Source: Carcharhinus longimanus (taxonomy: Eukaryota). From it: a stretch of 64,000 bases of DNA. Location of the stretch: NCBI GenBank assembly GCA_030264375.1, contig JASCQW010000133.1, forward strand, positions 5,062,671-5,126,670, read 5' to 3'. The notes beneath the pieces were generated by a model. That model was given only the letters and a program-made list of their open reading frames with translations, did not search any database and was not told the DNA's origin. Below are positions 49,569-60,960 of this stretch, in pieces (positions within the stretch are counted from its first letter, which is position 1; each line of letters opens with the position of its first letter). Made by a program: the position numbers and the translations under genes.

Positions 49569-50651
49569 TGTGTTTCTGCATTTGTATGTTAATGAACTTG
49601 TAGTTTAGTTCCAATTTAAACATTATCTACATGTTGATAATATCTAAAACAAACACAAGGTAATAAAAAGCTGTTGCCAAGCAAACATGGGCCTATAGAA
49701 TAACAAATGCAGGTTGACTGCACTGGGACAAAGTAACCCAGGAGCAAGGAGATTTTTACAGAATCTTCTGGAACAGGGACATAAAAGAGGGTTGCTGAAA
49801 GCAGACCCCAAACTAAAGAACATAAAAATTCCCGAAACCAGGGAAAGAGACAGAAGCAAGTTCCAAGAAGAACTTCTGGAAAAAGGAGCAAAACATAGGA
49901 ATCTAGAAAAAGATTCAGTTCAGCGAAGTTAAGAGTGAGGAGCAGAGAGTCCCAAGTTAAAAGACAGAGCTGCAAGATGCAGACCTGGGACAATATCAAC
50001 CAGAGATCCAAAGTGATAAGAATAATGGTGACTCCTTAATATAGCCTGTGAAGCAGTGGTGTTCTATTGGCATGGCTGAGTATCTGAGAGATTATATGGA
50101 AGGTGAAGCTTGATTCAGGGCAGAGAAACACTGAAAGGGGAGGTTGAAACCCTGGAGGTGGATGCTAGGTGAGGGCATTATTTGAGGGGAAGATTCCAAG
50201 AGTGGAGATTGGAAAACCTCATGTGAAAGGCAGGGTTCCAGTGAGACCAGTTGGCTCAGAGATCTATAGCACCTACTTTGGGTGATTTCTGTCACTTGGT
50301 CTCAGAGTGTGGAATGTCTGATTACAGTTTGCCTATTGATTTACATGAACTGTGCACTTACTGAAAACATTAGTGTACAAGATAGATTTTGTAATTTGCG
50401 TTATCTCTACAAATCTATATATATATGTAAAAGTACAGGTGGAGTGGAGGAGTGGTTTATTGTAGTCCATTTTTTTTGTTCAATAAAAAATGTATTCTTT
50501 GGCTAAAAATTATTAGCTGACTCCTGTGATTCTGTTCAATCACCACCTTCCATGTAGCTAAATAAAAAATAAAAATTAGGATCTATCAAACCATGTTTCA
50601 CACTAGCATCCAATCTGTCCAGGAGTAGCATCAGCTGGGGTGGTCACAACA
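49569..50651 (+). mobile_element. Possible solo LTR
   Basis: TG...ACAACA ends, internal AATAAA, no ORF; no TSD found. Confidence 0.3.
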
Positions 50652-51408
50652 CTTAGGTTTATCCCACCCTGCCCCTGGAGTTTTAAATTGGAAAGCTGAA
50701 CAGGAGTTTTGTAGAGTTATAGAGCAATATAGCATGGAAACAGGCCCCTCGGCCCAACTGGTCCATGCTGCCCTCCCAGCTAGTCCCAATTCCCCACATT
50801 TGGCCCATATCCCTCATCCTTTTCCATCCACGTCCTTATCCAAATACATTTTAAGGTTGCTATTATTGTACCTGCCTCAAACACTTTCTCTGGCAGTTCA
50901 TTCCACTCTCCTTGTGAAGAAGTTGCCCCTCAGGGCAAGTTGCCCCTCAGTGAGCCTCACATCTGTGGTGGGTAAAATTGCTGGAAGGTATTTTGAGAGA
51001 AGTTTCCACCTGCAACAGCTGCATAGGAAATGACAGGCCGAATGGCCTCCTTCAGTACAGTTACCATTCTGTTAAGTACGTCCCTGTAAATCCATGGGAA
51101 CTGGACAAGCCCAGGTTCCAGGGCTGAAATGTTGACGGATGTGATTGTTGCCCTGAAAGGGTGGGGGGGAAGGGGGAGAGGTGAGTGCTTAGTCCCTTAG
51201 TACCTCTGTTCTGCCATTCACACATTCTGCTCACTTAATGGATACTTATCACCTTTTTCAGCCTTCTTTGTCATAATTTAATTTCCTTTATCCAATTACA
51301 GCCCCTCATAGTATAAATTTCATCAGATTTTCTTTGATCCTAGCTCTGACAAGAGGTCACCCAGACTTAAAGTTGGCTCTATTCCAAGGAAGCAGAACAT
51401 CCCAGCCA

Positions 51409-51587
51409 GGCAGCACAGTGGTCAGCACTGCTGCCTCACAGTTCAGGGATTCAGGTTCAATTACGGCCTCCGGTCATTGTCTGCTTGGAAATTTTAATTC
51501 TCCTTGTGTCTGCATGGGTTTCCTCTGGGTGCTCCAATTTCCTCCCACCGTCCAAAGATGTGTGGATTCAGTGGACTGGCACGGTGC
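51409..51587 (+). mobile_element. 3'-truncated V-SINE abutting the PPM1F promoter array
   Basis: GGCAGCACAGTGGTCAGCACTGCTGCCTCACAG...GGTTCAATT...TCCAAAGATGTG. Confidence 0.8.
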
Positions 51588-51588
51588 T

Positions 51589-52036
51589 CAGAGAGCATGC
51601 GTTAGACTGGGGTGGGCGGGGCTAAAACAGGTTAGCAGAGCGCAAGCGTTAAATTGGGGTGGGCGGGGCGAAGCTGGGTAACGAGAGCGCAAGCGTTAAA
51701 TTGGGATAGGCGGGGCTAACCTGGGTGAGCAGTGCGCAAGCGTCAGACTGGGGTGGGCGGGGCTAACCTGGTTTAGTAGAGTGCAAGTGTTAAACTGGGT
51801 TGGGCGGGGCGAAGCTGGGTTAGCAGAGCGCAAGCGTTAAATTGGGATGGGCGGGGCTAAACCTGGTGAGCAGAGCGCAAGCGTCAGACTGGTGTGGGCG
51901 TGGTGCGTAACTGTAACGCATGCGTTTATATAAGGGTGGGCGGGGCGAGCGTTGCCAAATCGAGCGCATGCGTTATTAGGGTTGGGCGAGGTGCCTTTGA
52001 AGGAAGCGCATGCGTTATTGACGGGTGGGCGGGGTT
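51589..52036 (+). promoter_or_regulatory. PPM1F promoter tandem array: about 10 units of about 47 bp, each with GCGCA(A/T)GCG and GGGCGGGGC
   Basis: Unit starts at about 51589, 51636, 51682, 51730, 51777, 51824, 51871, then 3 looser units; lies directly upstream of the CpG-rich PPM1F coding exon. Confidence 0.85.
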
Positions 52037-52153
52037 GGGATAATCACACCTGCGCAGTCCTGTTGCCAGCGGGTGGCTGACAGTTGGAGGCGCGTGAGCT
52101 GTCGGTTAGTCTGCCGCCGGCAATGACCCAGAGGGACTTGGCATGAAGCAGTA

Positions 52154-52359
52154 ATGACTGCTGCACCGGAGAAGGGCGAGACGATGGTGGCACCGGAGGG
52201 CAAGGATGTGCAACAGCTCTTGGACTCTTTCGTGCAAGAGTTTCCGACTCCCCTAGGCCCTGAGGACTCGTTACCCGTGCGCCTGCAAAGCCCCGTGCTG
52301 AGCAGGGATGAGCTGGAGGGGGAGTGCGCCGAAATGGGGCTGAAGCTGCTGCGGGACAG
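52154..52359 (+). CDS. PPM1F: PPM1F (CaMKP/POPX2, PP2C family phosphatase) first coding exon; remainder lies beyond the window
   Basis: LLDSFVQEFPTPLGPEDSLP...VLSRDELEGECAEMGLKLL aligns without gaps to the recalled human PPM1F N-terminus (FLDTLLQDFPALLNPEDPLP...VLSQEEVEGELAELAMGFL); donor AG|GTGAGA; synteny with TOP3B. Confidence 0.88.
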
Positions 52360-52529
52360 GTGAGATTGCAGGCTTGGGCTGGAATGCTCACTTTTCTGAT
52401 AAATTACCACAGCATGTTTAGTCTGAGCTGCCACCATCAGCTTTACGGTTAGGGTTACTCAGGCAGGGACTGTATGGAATGCATGAAATGTATGACCAAT
52501 CTTTTAAGGTTTCTTTGAGGATTGAACAA

Positions 52530-54150
52530 GTAAGGTAGACCAGTGGCTGCAATGTCTTATATTTGCATTTCCAAAAGGCATTTCCTAAAAGATTATGACT
52601 GAAGTTACAACCTCATGTTGTTAAGATGATATTGTCATGGATGGAGGAATGGTGAGCACTTGGGGTAATGTATCTTTCTTAAATTGGTAAAATAACTGGG
52701 TTATTGCAGGAATCAGTGGGGCCTTAAGCATTTACAAGTTATATTAATGACTTGGATGAAGGAACTTATTGTAGGCAAATTTGCTGCTGATAGGAAGTGA
52801 CTTGATGCACAGTCAAAACAAAAATAGATAAGTGAGTAGACAAAGATTTGGCTGATGCAGTATAATATGTTAAAATGTGAGCTGTCTGCTTTGAGAAGAA
52901 CAGCAAAAATGAATATTTAAATACTGAGATTGCAAGGTACTGTGGTACAGAGGGATCTGGGTGTCATTGTACATGAAACACAAAAGTTAGCATGCAGGCC
53001 TGAGACTTTTCTCTGGTAGCTCTTAACAAATTTTTTCAGCATTGTAGTTAAATTTTATCTGTCAAAGGAGACTTCAGGCCAATCCACATCCAGCAATCTG
53101 CTCTGAAAATTCTGTTCATGTTTTGACAATTGTGATAAGTTGCACCACAGAAGCTGAGACCTCCACAATGTTTAAGATAATCAACAATATTCTAAATAAA
53201 ATTACTAACTTTTTAAGTCCACTTGATCTCTCTACTTTTAAAAGATTCCAGGATTTGCATCTTTGCTTAAAAAAATCAGTTCTTTATAGGACTGTGTACC
53301 ATATAGTGTACCAAGTTTTAAAAAAATCAGTTANNNNNNNNNNNNNNNNNNNNNNNNNNNNNNNNNNNNNNNNNNNNNNNNNNNNNNNNNNNNNTTAGTG
53401 AAGCTAGATTATTATCATCCACAAGGTACTGAAGGTTATGGGGACAAGCACATGTTAAGGCCACAGTCAAACCAGTCACTTCCCTAGTGAATGGTGGAGC
53501 AGGCTTGAGGGACTGAATGACTTACTCCTGCTTCTATTTCTTATGTCTTTAAAACACATGCTCATTTTGTGATCATGTGTAAGAGTTGGCCAGTCTTTAC
53601 ACTTTACAACAAAGATAGAGGGACAATGCTATTCATACTTTTAAACCAATTTATATAGTTTGAACTGTGGCTGTAACTAGACAAAAGTGCATTCCAGCCT
53701 TAAAAAAAAGAGCTACAAATGTGCAGTGTCTTAAACAATTGAGAGGGTGCAGAAGAGATTTGGTAACTAGAATGGCGACAGGAATGAGTTCTTCAGTTGT
53801 GTGGTGAAACTATGGTTTCTTGCCCTAGAGCAAAGAAGATTTAAGAGGAGGTTTGTTCAGAATTAAACTGTTTTGACAGTAAAATAATATTAGTGTTTCC
53901 AGTGACAGTAGATTTGATGACTATAGGAGACAGGTTTACAGAAGAACCAGGGGTGATGTGAGAAAGCAGTTATGACTGTGAATGCACAACCTGAAAGAAT
54001 GATGGAAGCAGACTTGATAGTATCTTTCAAAAGAGAATTGCACAAATTCTTGAAGGGGGAAAAAGTACAAGGCTGTGAGAAAGGGCAGGGTGGGACTAAG
54101 TTGAAAATGCGAGTACAGGGGCTGAATTGCCTCCTGTGCTGCATCATTTG
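52530..54150 (+). mobile_element. Several decayed CR1 fragments in the PPM1F intron
   Basis: TTTCCAAAAGGCATT, TTTGCTGCTGATA, CAGAGGGATCTGGGTGTC, and 3' tails at about 53460-53550 and 54120. Confidence 0.6.
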
Positions 54151-55949
54151 ATGAAAGGTTACATTTTTGTTCACTTTCCATTATGGTTTCTTGTATTTGG
54201 GTTTATTTTTGTCTGTACAGTTTACCCTGGGGCCGGAAAAGAAACTTCTGAGTATATATTTCAATTTTCTATCGATTTATAGGTTTATAAATAGTCTGCA
54301 AACAATTCCATATTGTGGTGTTACCTTTGACATGAAAGCTTTGGTTTACTATAATACATTTTTTTGTATTTTTTTATAACATAGTTTTTTTTTTGTGAAA
54401 TTAAGGAGGCCCACAGCATTTTAGTTCAGTTAGGCAGCTGGGTGGGGGCACTAAAGATTTCCTGAAGGTACAGCAGCTATTGTTCAAATGAGGATGTAGC
54501 AGCTATTACTGAGATAAGTAAATATTTCTGACAGCGTAGCTTCTACAAATTCTTGCTCTAATTTCTCAACCTCTTCTATTTCTGAACAATCCAACATAAA
54601 TTCAAAATCAATGAAAAGGGCAGCAATAGTTCTGAGCAAGTGGAAACTGTAATAAATAGAATTACAGCAGCCAGATTTTATTTTGTAGATTACATTGTAC
54701 CTACTAATCTGTACGGAACTAGAGCAGTGTTGACCACTTCATGAAATTAGCACTAACACTTGTATTTCATGAAGTCCAAGAAAAGGCAATCTCAATACAA
54801 TTGACAATTATGAGAGACTTTAAGTGCACAATAAAAAGAACTGGTACAGAAATTTGTTCTTTGAAAATTCCAAGGATTCATGAACTTGATAGATGGAAAC
54901 CGTTATTATTTGGCTGAGAATTCAGTTTCAATTCCTGCTTATTTGGATAAGAATTGGGGAAACAAAACCCTCTATGCTAGTAAGGTTAGAGCCTTGCTAT
55001 TTCCTTTGATTTTTTTTTTGTGTGCTCTTGTGTTTATAAAAGATAAAGGAATTTGTTTCCTTTTTTTGTCAGCTGGCTTTTTGTCTCACACTTTGCCAGC
55101 TTTGGTGTTTTCTCCTGAACCGTCCAACTTAACCCATTATATCTGCATTTGTATCCCATGAAGTGCCACAATTCTGCACAAGGATGTTTTAAACAAGGAT
55201 TAGTATAACATGCAGGTAATCTACCAAGTAAAATTTGATTGCAATATTTGAGACTGAGGGCAAAGTTTTTTTAGCTCTTTGGTATATTACTCGCAACGTA
55301 ATGAATTCAATGGCTGGGTGTACAAACCACTTGAAGAATTGTGCTGACGTGCCAATTTCTATCAGGTCCCAGTAATCCTTGTTTTGCAAGTGAGGTTTGT
55401 TCAATATTTGACGTTTTCTGAGGCAGAGACAAAACAGTAATCTTGGATTAATGAATGTTGAGGTTCAAAGGATTGTGTCCCTGAAATAGATGGGATAGTT
55501 TAACGTAAGCAGCAATAACCATGGCTGTTGTGCTTGAGTTGACAATTCAGTTGCATCCTTGAGGTTATTGATAGAGATTGCATCTTAATTTGGAGTTGGA
55601 TTATCTTTCTTCAGTTGATTAGATGACGTTGCTTTAAATTCTATAAGCAAGAGCGAGAGTTTCTCTGCCGTCCCTCCGGTATTTTCAATGTCTAGATTTT
55701 GTTTGTGGATGGGAGGTGTGAATGTCTGTCGACCTGGAGGAGGATATTAAAACAGGGCCTGGTTGATGATTTTTCGGGAATTTGACTTATCCTTTTCTTG
55801 TTCTGTGAAACAGGCACCAGAGTAGTTTCTCACTTTTGCCTCTTGATGGGTGACTAAAGTAGAAAATAGTAGCACTTAACTGTTCTGAAGACAAATAAAC
55901 TCTAACCCCTCACCCAAAAGGAAGTTACTAAAGGTTCTGGTGTGTTGGA

Positions 55950-57510
55950 TTTGATTTAATTTATTATTGTCACATGAATTAGTATACACAGAATGTAGTG
56001 TTACAGTTATAGCTAAGGTTTAGAGAAGGATCAACTTAATGTAAAGTATGGTCCATTCAAAAGCAGGGAATCAGCTGTTCTTAAGTTGGTTGGTACATGT
56101 CCTCAGACTTTTGATCTTTTTCCTGACGGAAGAATGTGTGTTCTGGCTGTTTTCCCGAGGCAGCGAGCAGTGTTGACGACGTCAGTGGGTGGAAGACTGC
56201 TTTGAGTAATGGACTGGTTTTCGTTCACAAGCCTTTGTAATTTCTTGTGGTCTTCGACTGAGCAAGAGCCATACCAAACTGTAATACAACCAGAAAGAAT
56301 GCTTTCTTTGGTCCATTGGTGAAAGTTGTAGCGGGTATGCCAAATTTCCTTAGTCTTCTGAGAGGTGCTGGTGGGCCTTAACTATAGCATCTGCATGGAG
56401 GGACCAATGATTTGGAGATGCTGGCATTGGACTGGGGTAATCACAGTAAGAAGTCTTTCAACACCTGGTTAAAGTCCAACAGGTTTATTTGGTAGCAAAA
56501 GCTACTAGCTTCCAGAGCGCTGCCCCTTTGTCAGGTAAGTGGGACTTGACAAAGTGGCAGCACTCCGAAAGATAGTGGGTTTNNNNNNNNNNNNNNNNNN
56601 NNNNNNNNNNNNNNNNNNNNNNNNNNNNNNNNNNNNNNNNNNNNNNNNNNNNNNNNNNNNNNNNNNNNNNNNNNNNNNNNNNCTTGACAAAGTGGCAGCA
56701 CTCCGAAAGATAGTGGGTTTTGCTACCAAATAAACCTGTTGGACTTTAACCCAGTGTTGAGACTTCTTGCTGTGGAGGGACCAAAACAGGCTGTTGTTGA
56801 TCTGGGCACCTAAAAACCTGAAGCTCTTGACCATTTCTACTTTGTCCCCATTGGTGTAGACAGAGGCATGCTGTTCACTACACTTCCTGAAGTCGATGAC
56901 TGTCTCCTTTGTTTTGTTGACATTGATGGAGAGATTATTGTTGTCACACTAGTTCACCAGATACTCCGCCTCGTCATTGTTTGAGATCCAACCTACTATG
57001 GTGGTGTCATCAGCAAAGTTGAAAATTGTGTTGGAAGGGAATTTGAGCACACAGTCATAGATGTATAAGGAGTGTAGTAAAGGGCTGAGGACAGCCTTGG
57101 GGAGCACTGGTGTTGGGAATGATCGTGGAGGTGGTGGTGTTGCCTACGCTCACCAGTTGTAGTCTGTGAGTTAGGAAGTTCAGGATCCAGTCACAGACGG
57201 AGGAGCCGAGCCCCAGGCCATGGAGTTTGGCAGTGGGTTTGTAGGAATAGTCGTGTTGAAGGTTGAGCTGTAGTCAATCAATAGGAGTCGGACGTAGGTG
57301 CCTTTGTTATCTATGTGTTCCAGAGTTGAGGACAGGGCCAGGGAGATGCTATGAACTTATGGTGGTGGTAAACGAACTGAAGTGGATCCAGGCAATCAGG
57401 GAGGCCAGAATTGATTGGTGCCGTGACTAATCTTTTGAAGCACTTCATACTGGATGGGTGTCAGCACCACTGGACAATAGTCATTAAAGCACATTGCCTG
57501 GCTTTTCATG
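55950..57510 (-). mobile_element. Rex1/Babar LINE, interrupted by a fold-back element
   Basis: Reverse of AACAAAGGCACCTACGTCCGACTCCTATTGATTGACTACAGCTCAACCTTCAACAC (same family as 24980-25040); VKSFRFLG; AATAAATTAAATC tail at the left. Confidence 0.85.
56408..56772. mobile_element. Fold-back Penelope-like element with 12-bp TSD TGGAGGGACCAA
   Basis: TSD at 56396-56407 and 56773-56784; arms GGTTAAAGTCCAACAGGTTTATTTGGTAGCAAAA / TTTTGCTACCAAATAAACCTGTTGGACTTTAACC. Confidence 0.85.
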
Positions 57511-58391
57511 AACTATACTATTGTACCAAATTCTTTTAGATTATATCGTATCTGTGGCTGAAATAGAATCCAAACACCAGAATATAGATATTTCCTTTTA
57601 TAATTTTAAATCAAGATTACTTCTATTTTTAATTTTTGCCAACATCAAATCTGTGCCAACTTGTATAATATTGCTCTCTATAGTGAGTACATTAGATACA
57701 TTGGTAGATTTTGTCACCTAGCTTTTGACTCTTGCATGTTCGTATATATATATTGCTTTCTGTGGCTAGACCAGTCTTGGTATTTGCTGCCACATAAATC
57801 AGCCTCTGTTGTTGGCCTGCCTTTTGTATTGTGCTTTTTATTTCCCTTTTTGCTCTTTTATAGTTACCAGGTGCTGGAAATAACAACAGATGTTAATGAT
57901 AGCTCCACTAGTTTTAAGTCCCCTTCCAGGAGAGAATGTCCACTGTATGGTTTGGAATGTGAGGAATTTTGGCAATGTCTTGTTCCACCCTCTGGTGGTC
58001 ACACACACTAGAAGGATTTTTGGCTTAGGGGCAGGGGTGGGACAGAGGAGGTGGNNNNNNNNNNNNNNNNNNNNNNNNNNNNNNNNNNNNNNNNNNNGGG
58101 GACAGGAGACAATAACTTGAGCTCCTGCACTGATTGCCTGGTAGTGTCAAGCAACACATTCTGTTGACATCTGTAAAAGTAGCTATACAGAAAATCATAC
58201 TAAGGTCAGAACATTAACAAGTCTGATCATTGGGAACTCTTTACAGTCTTTTGAAAACTTATTGAAATAATTATTGTAACTTAAGAAATAGGTTGATCTG
58301 TCAATCTTTCTTTTAGTTTGCGGAGGCATTTGTGATCAGGAGAATTCCTGAGAAAAATGTAAAAGAAAGAAAGATTTGCATTCATACACTT

Positions 58392-58663
58392 CATAGAGTT
58401 CCTACAGTGCAGAAGGAGGCCATTTGACCCATTGAGTCTGTGAGACTCTGACAGAGCATCTTATGATGTGTGAGCATCTTACTCAGGCCCTATCCCTGTA
58501 ACCCCATGTATTTAACCTGTCAATCCACTTCAACTGCACATTTTGGACTGGGAAGAAACCAGAGCATGCAGAGCAAACTCCACACAGACACAGGGAGAAC
58601 ATGCAATCTCACACAGTCACCCAAGGCCAGAATCAAACCTGAGTGCCTGGTGCTGAGGCAGTG
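58392..58663 (-). mobile_element. V-SINE (HE1-like), nested in a Deu-SINE-like remnant (to about 59050)
   Basis: CCTACAGTGCAGAAGGAGGCCATT...CACACAGTCACCCAAGG...GTGCTGAGGCAG. Confidence 0.75.
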
Positions 58664-59669
58664 GAACATTTCATGATCTCAGGACATTTCAATGTTTTAT
58701 GTCAAATTGTGGAATTTTTTAGTGTACCTACTGTTGTAAAATAGAAAACACAGTTAATTTGCATGCAGGAAGCTCCCACAAATAGCAATGTGGTGATAAC
58801 CACATTTCATTGGCATATTGATAAATATTGCCTATAAGTATGAGGAGTAACTTCACCTTTTTTCTTCTTTCAGATAGTTCCATGGGATTTTAATGCTAAC
58901 TAAGGGGGCTTAGTGTTTCATCGGAAAGCATTCCCTTTGTAATGCATCATAGTATCAGCCTAGATTTTTATGCTCAAGTCTGGAGTTGGACTGGAACTCA
59001 GAACAATTTGACTCAGGCATGACTGTTTCCACTTGGGTCATGGCTGATGACAGTGTATGGCTTAAAGTTGTAACACTAATAAATGTGTTATATAAGTTAA
59101 TGCTTGGAACACTTTTGCAGGGCTTGATTAGTTTGACAGGTAGGGTATTATGACAAGTTGAAATTAGAGAATTCAAGCTTGGTTACATTTTAGATGCTGC
59201 TTTGAGTTGAGAGACTGGAATCTGCCAGGAGTCAAGTCTTTTTTTGGAGATTCTGCTGTATGAGTTTCTTTCTCAGAATTGCTGTTTGAGAATATACCTA
59301 TCTATGGAAAATACTGTCTGGATCCCTTCTGGAGAAGTGTTAAAAGGCTAGAAATCTAGCACCATGAGAGCATACTTGTTTTTTGTGCTAACTAATTCTG
59401 AGAAGAGTGCATGTCTTTGGGGATATAGCTTTTAAACTGGAACAATGGAGATTGTGAGCTATTAAGAATTATAGTTTAGTTAGGCAATATGCTGAGGAGA
59501 TAGGCCTTAAGCATCTTGGTCGTACGGATCAGAATGTTGTTTTCCATGCCTATTTAGTTGATTACTTTTCTAACGCATGTGCTGAACTCTTCATCAGGAG
59601 ACTAGTTGTCTGTCAAATTAGATCCAAATTCACAGATCACTTCCAGGGGTGGTATTGAATTTTCAAAAG

Positions 59670-59860
59670 TTTATTTATTGATGTCACAAGTAGACTTGCA
59701 TTAACACTGCAATGAAGTTGTTGTGAAAATCCCCTAGTCGCCACACTTTGACTCCTGTTCGAGTATGATGAGGGAGAATTTTAGCAAGGCCATTACACCT
59801 AACCAGCATGTCTTTCAGACTGTGGGACGAAACCAGAGGACCTGGAAGGAACCTTTGCAG
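59670..59860 (-). mobile_element. V-SINE 3' part with alternative tail
   Basis: GTGAAAATCCCCTAGTCGCCACAC...CCTAACCAGCATGTCTTTCAGACTGTGGG. Confidence 0.7.
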
Positions 59861-59864
59861 ATAC

Positions 59865-60960
59865 GAAGAACAAGGACAGTGCGCCAAGCTGGAAATGTCG
59901 CCAAGCTGTCCACAGTCCGATTGCAGGTGGAAACTCAGCACCCTGTCACATAATTACAGTTTTCTTGACACTGGCACCAAGGGAAAACATGATGCAGGCA
60001 GCAGAAACCTTTGGAGCTGGTCTGTTGTTTTGGAATCAGCAGACAGAAGTTCTATGATGAAGACCCATTGCGTGAAATGGCATTATGTTTGGCCTTGTTG
60101 AATTTTCAACTTCTGCCAAGTGAGTGGTCAGTCTTGCAGTTGGCACCAAATGCTGCACAGATCACATCTTTTAGTGATGGCCAGGTTTGTGCTGCTGAGA
60201 GAACTCAGATGACATCATGACACCTAGTGCTGATGTCTGCCATGGAAGGTGGTGTTGGTAATGCAAAACCTTGTAGTAGCTGTTGACCATTTTTTGTTAA
60301 TCCTGCCAGTACCATGATGAACGAGGCACAATTTGCCATGGAACTCTGTCTAATACAACCTTTGTGTCAAAGTCGCTTAATAGAAATAACTTTTCCCCAC
60401 ACAGCAAATGCCATAGAAGCGATCTGTGTCTTCACTATTGGCATGTATGGTTGGTGCGTAAGCATAGATGATGATGATAAAAGAACCATCTGATGGTAGA
60501 GGAAGTGGTAGTTGTTCAGAGGTTGTGACATGTATTTCCATTATCTGCATAATGTTGACTGCAAAACTTGCTCTATATTCATGGTGCTCATTAGACCTCA
60601 TTTTGATCCCCATTGTTAGCCTATCTAGTCTCATGGAGGGCAGCTATGTTGATATGGTTAACTTGTGTAGCTCATGTGACATCTGAAGTACATTATCTGA
60701 CTGCAGGTCTTTGTGTATGCCAGGACACAGTTCTGACTTTGCAGTTTCCCAGTCAGGAAAACTTCACTTTTTTCTTCATGGTGCCCTTTAACATCTGCTT
60801 GTTGAGATAATGTCCCTGATGCTCTTGCACCCATAGAGGAAGGTTAAAGCTAACAGGTCTCTACCTTATTGACTGGGACTGCCCTCTTTGAGGTGGGTGG
60901 TGACTGACCAATGGGATGTAATGATTCTTTCCAATGGAACCCTGTCCTTCCACACTAATC
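59865..60960 (-). mobile_element. RTE-clade LINE endonuclease region, decayed
   Basis: ORF 60377-60634(-) ...LPL...IIIIYAYAPT...EDTDRFY, the APE motif typical of RTE. Confidence 0.65.

Noticed and set aside
51589-52036. CRISPR-like array
   Set aside because: Whole units are homologous with no unique spacers, no cas genes, vertebrate context; it is a promoter minisatellite
52015-52437. Antisense ORFs of 140 and 115 aa
   Set aside because: Shadows of the GC-rich PPM1F exon with no recognisable motifs
57661-58011. Second PPM1F exon
   Set aside because: AG acceptor-like site at about 57869, but the peptide does not resemble the next PPM1F segment; exon 2 is probably beyond the window or in a gap
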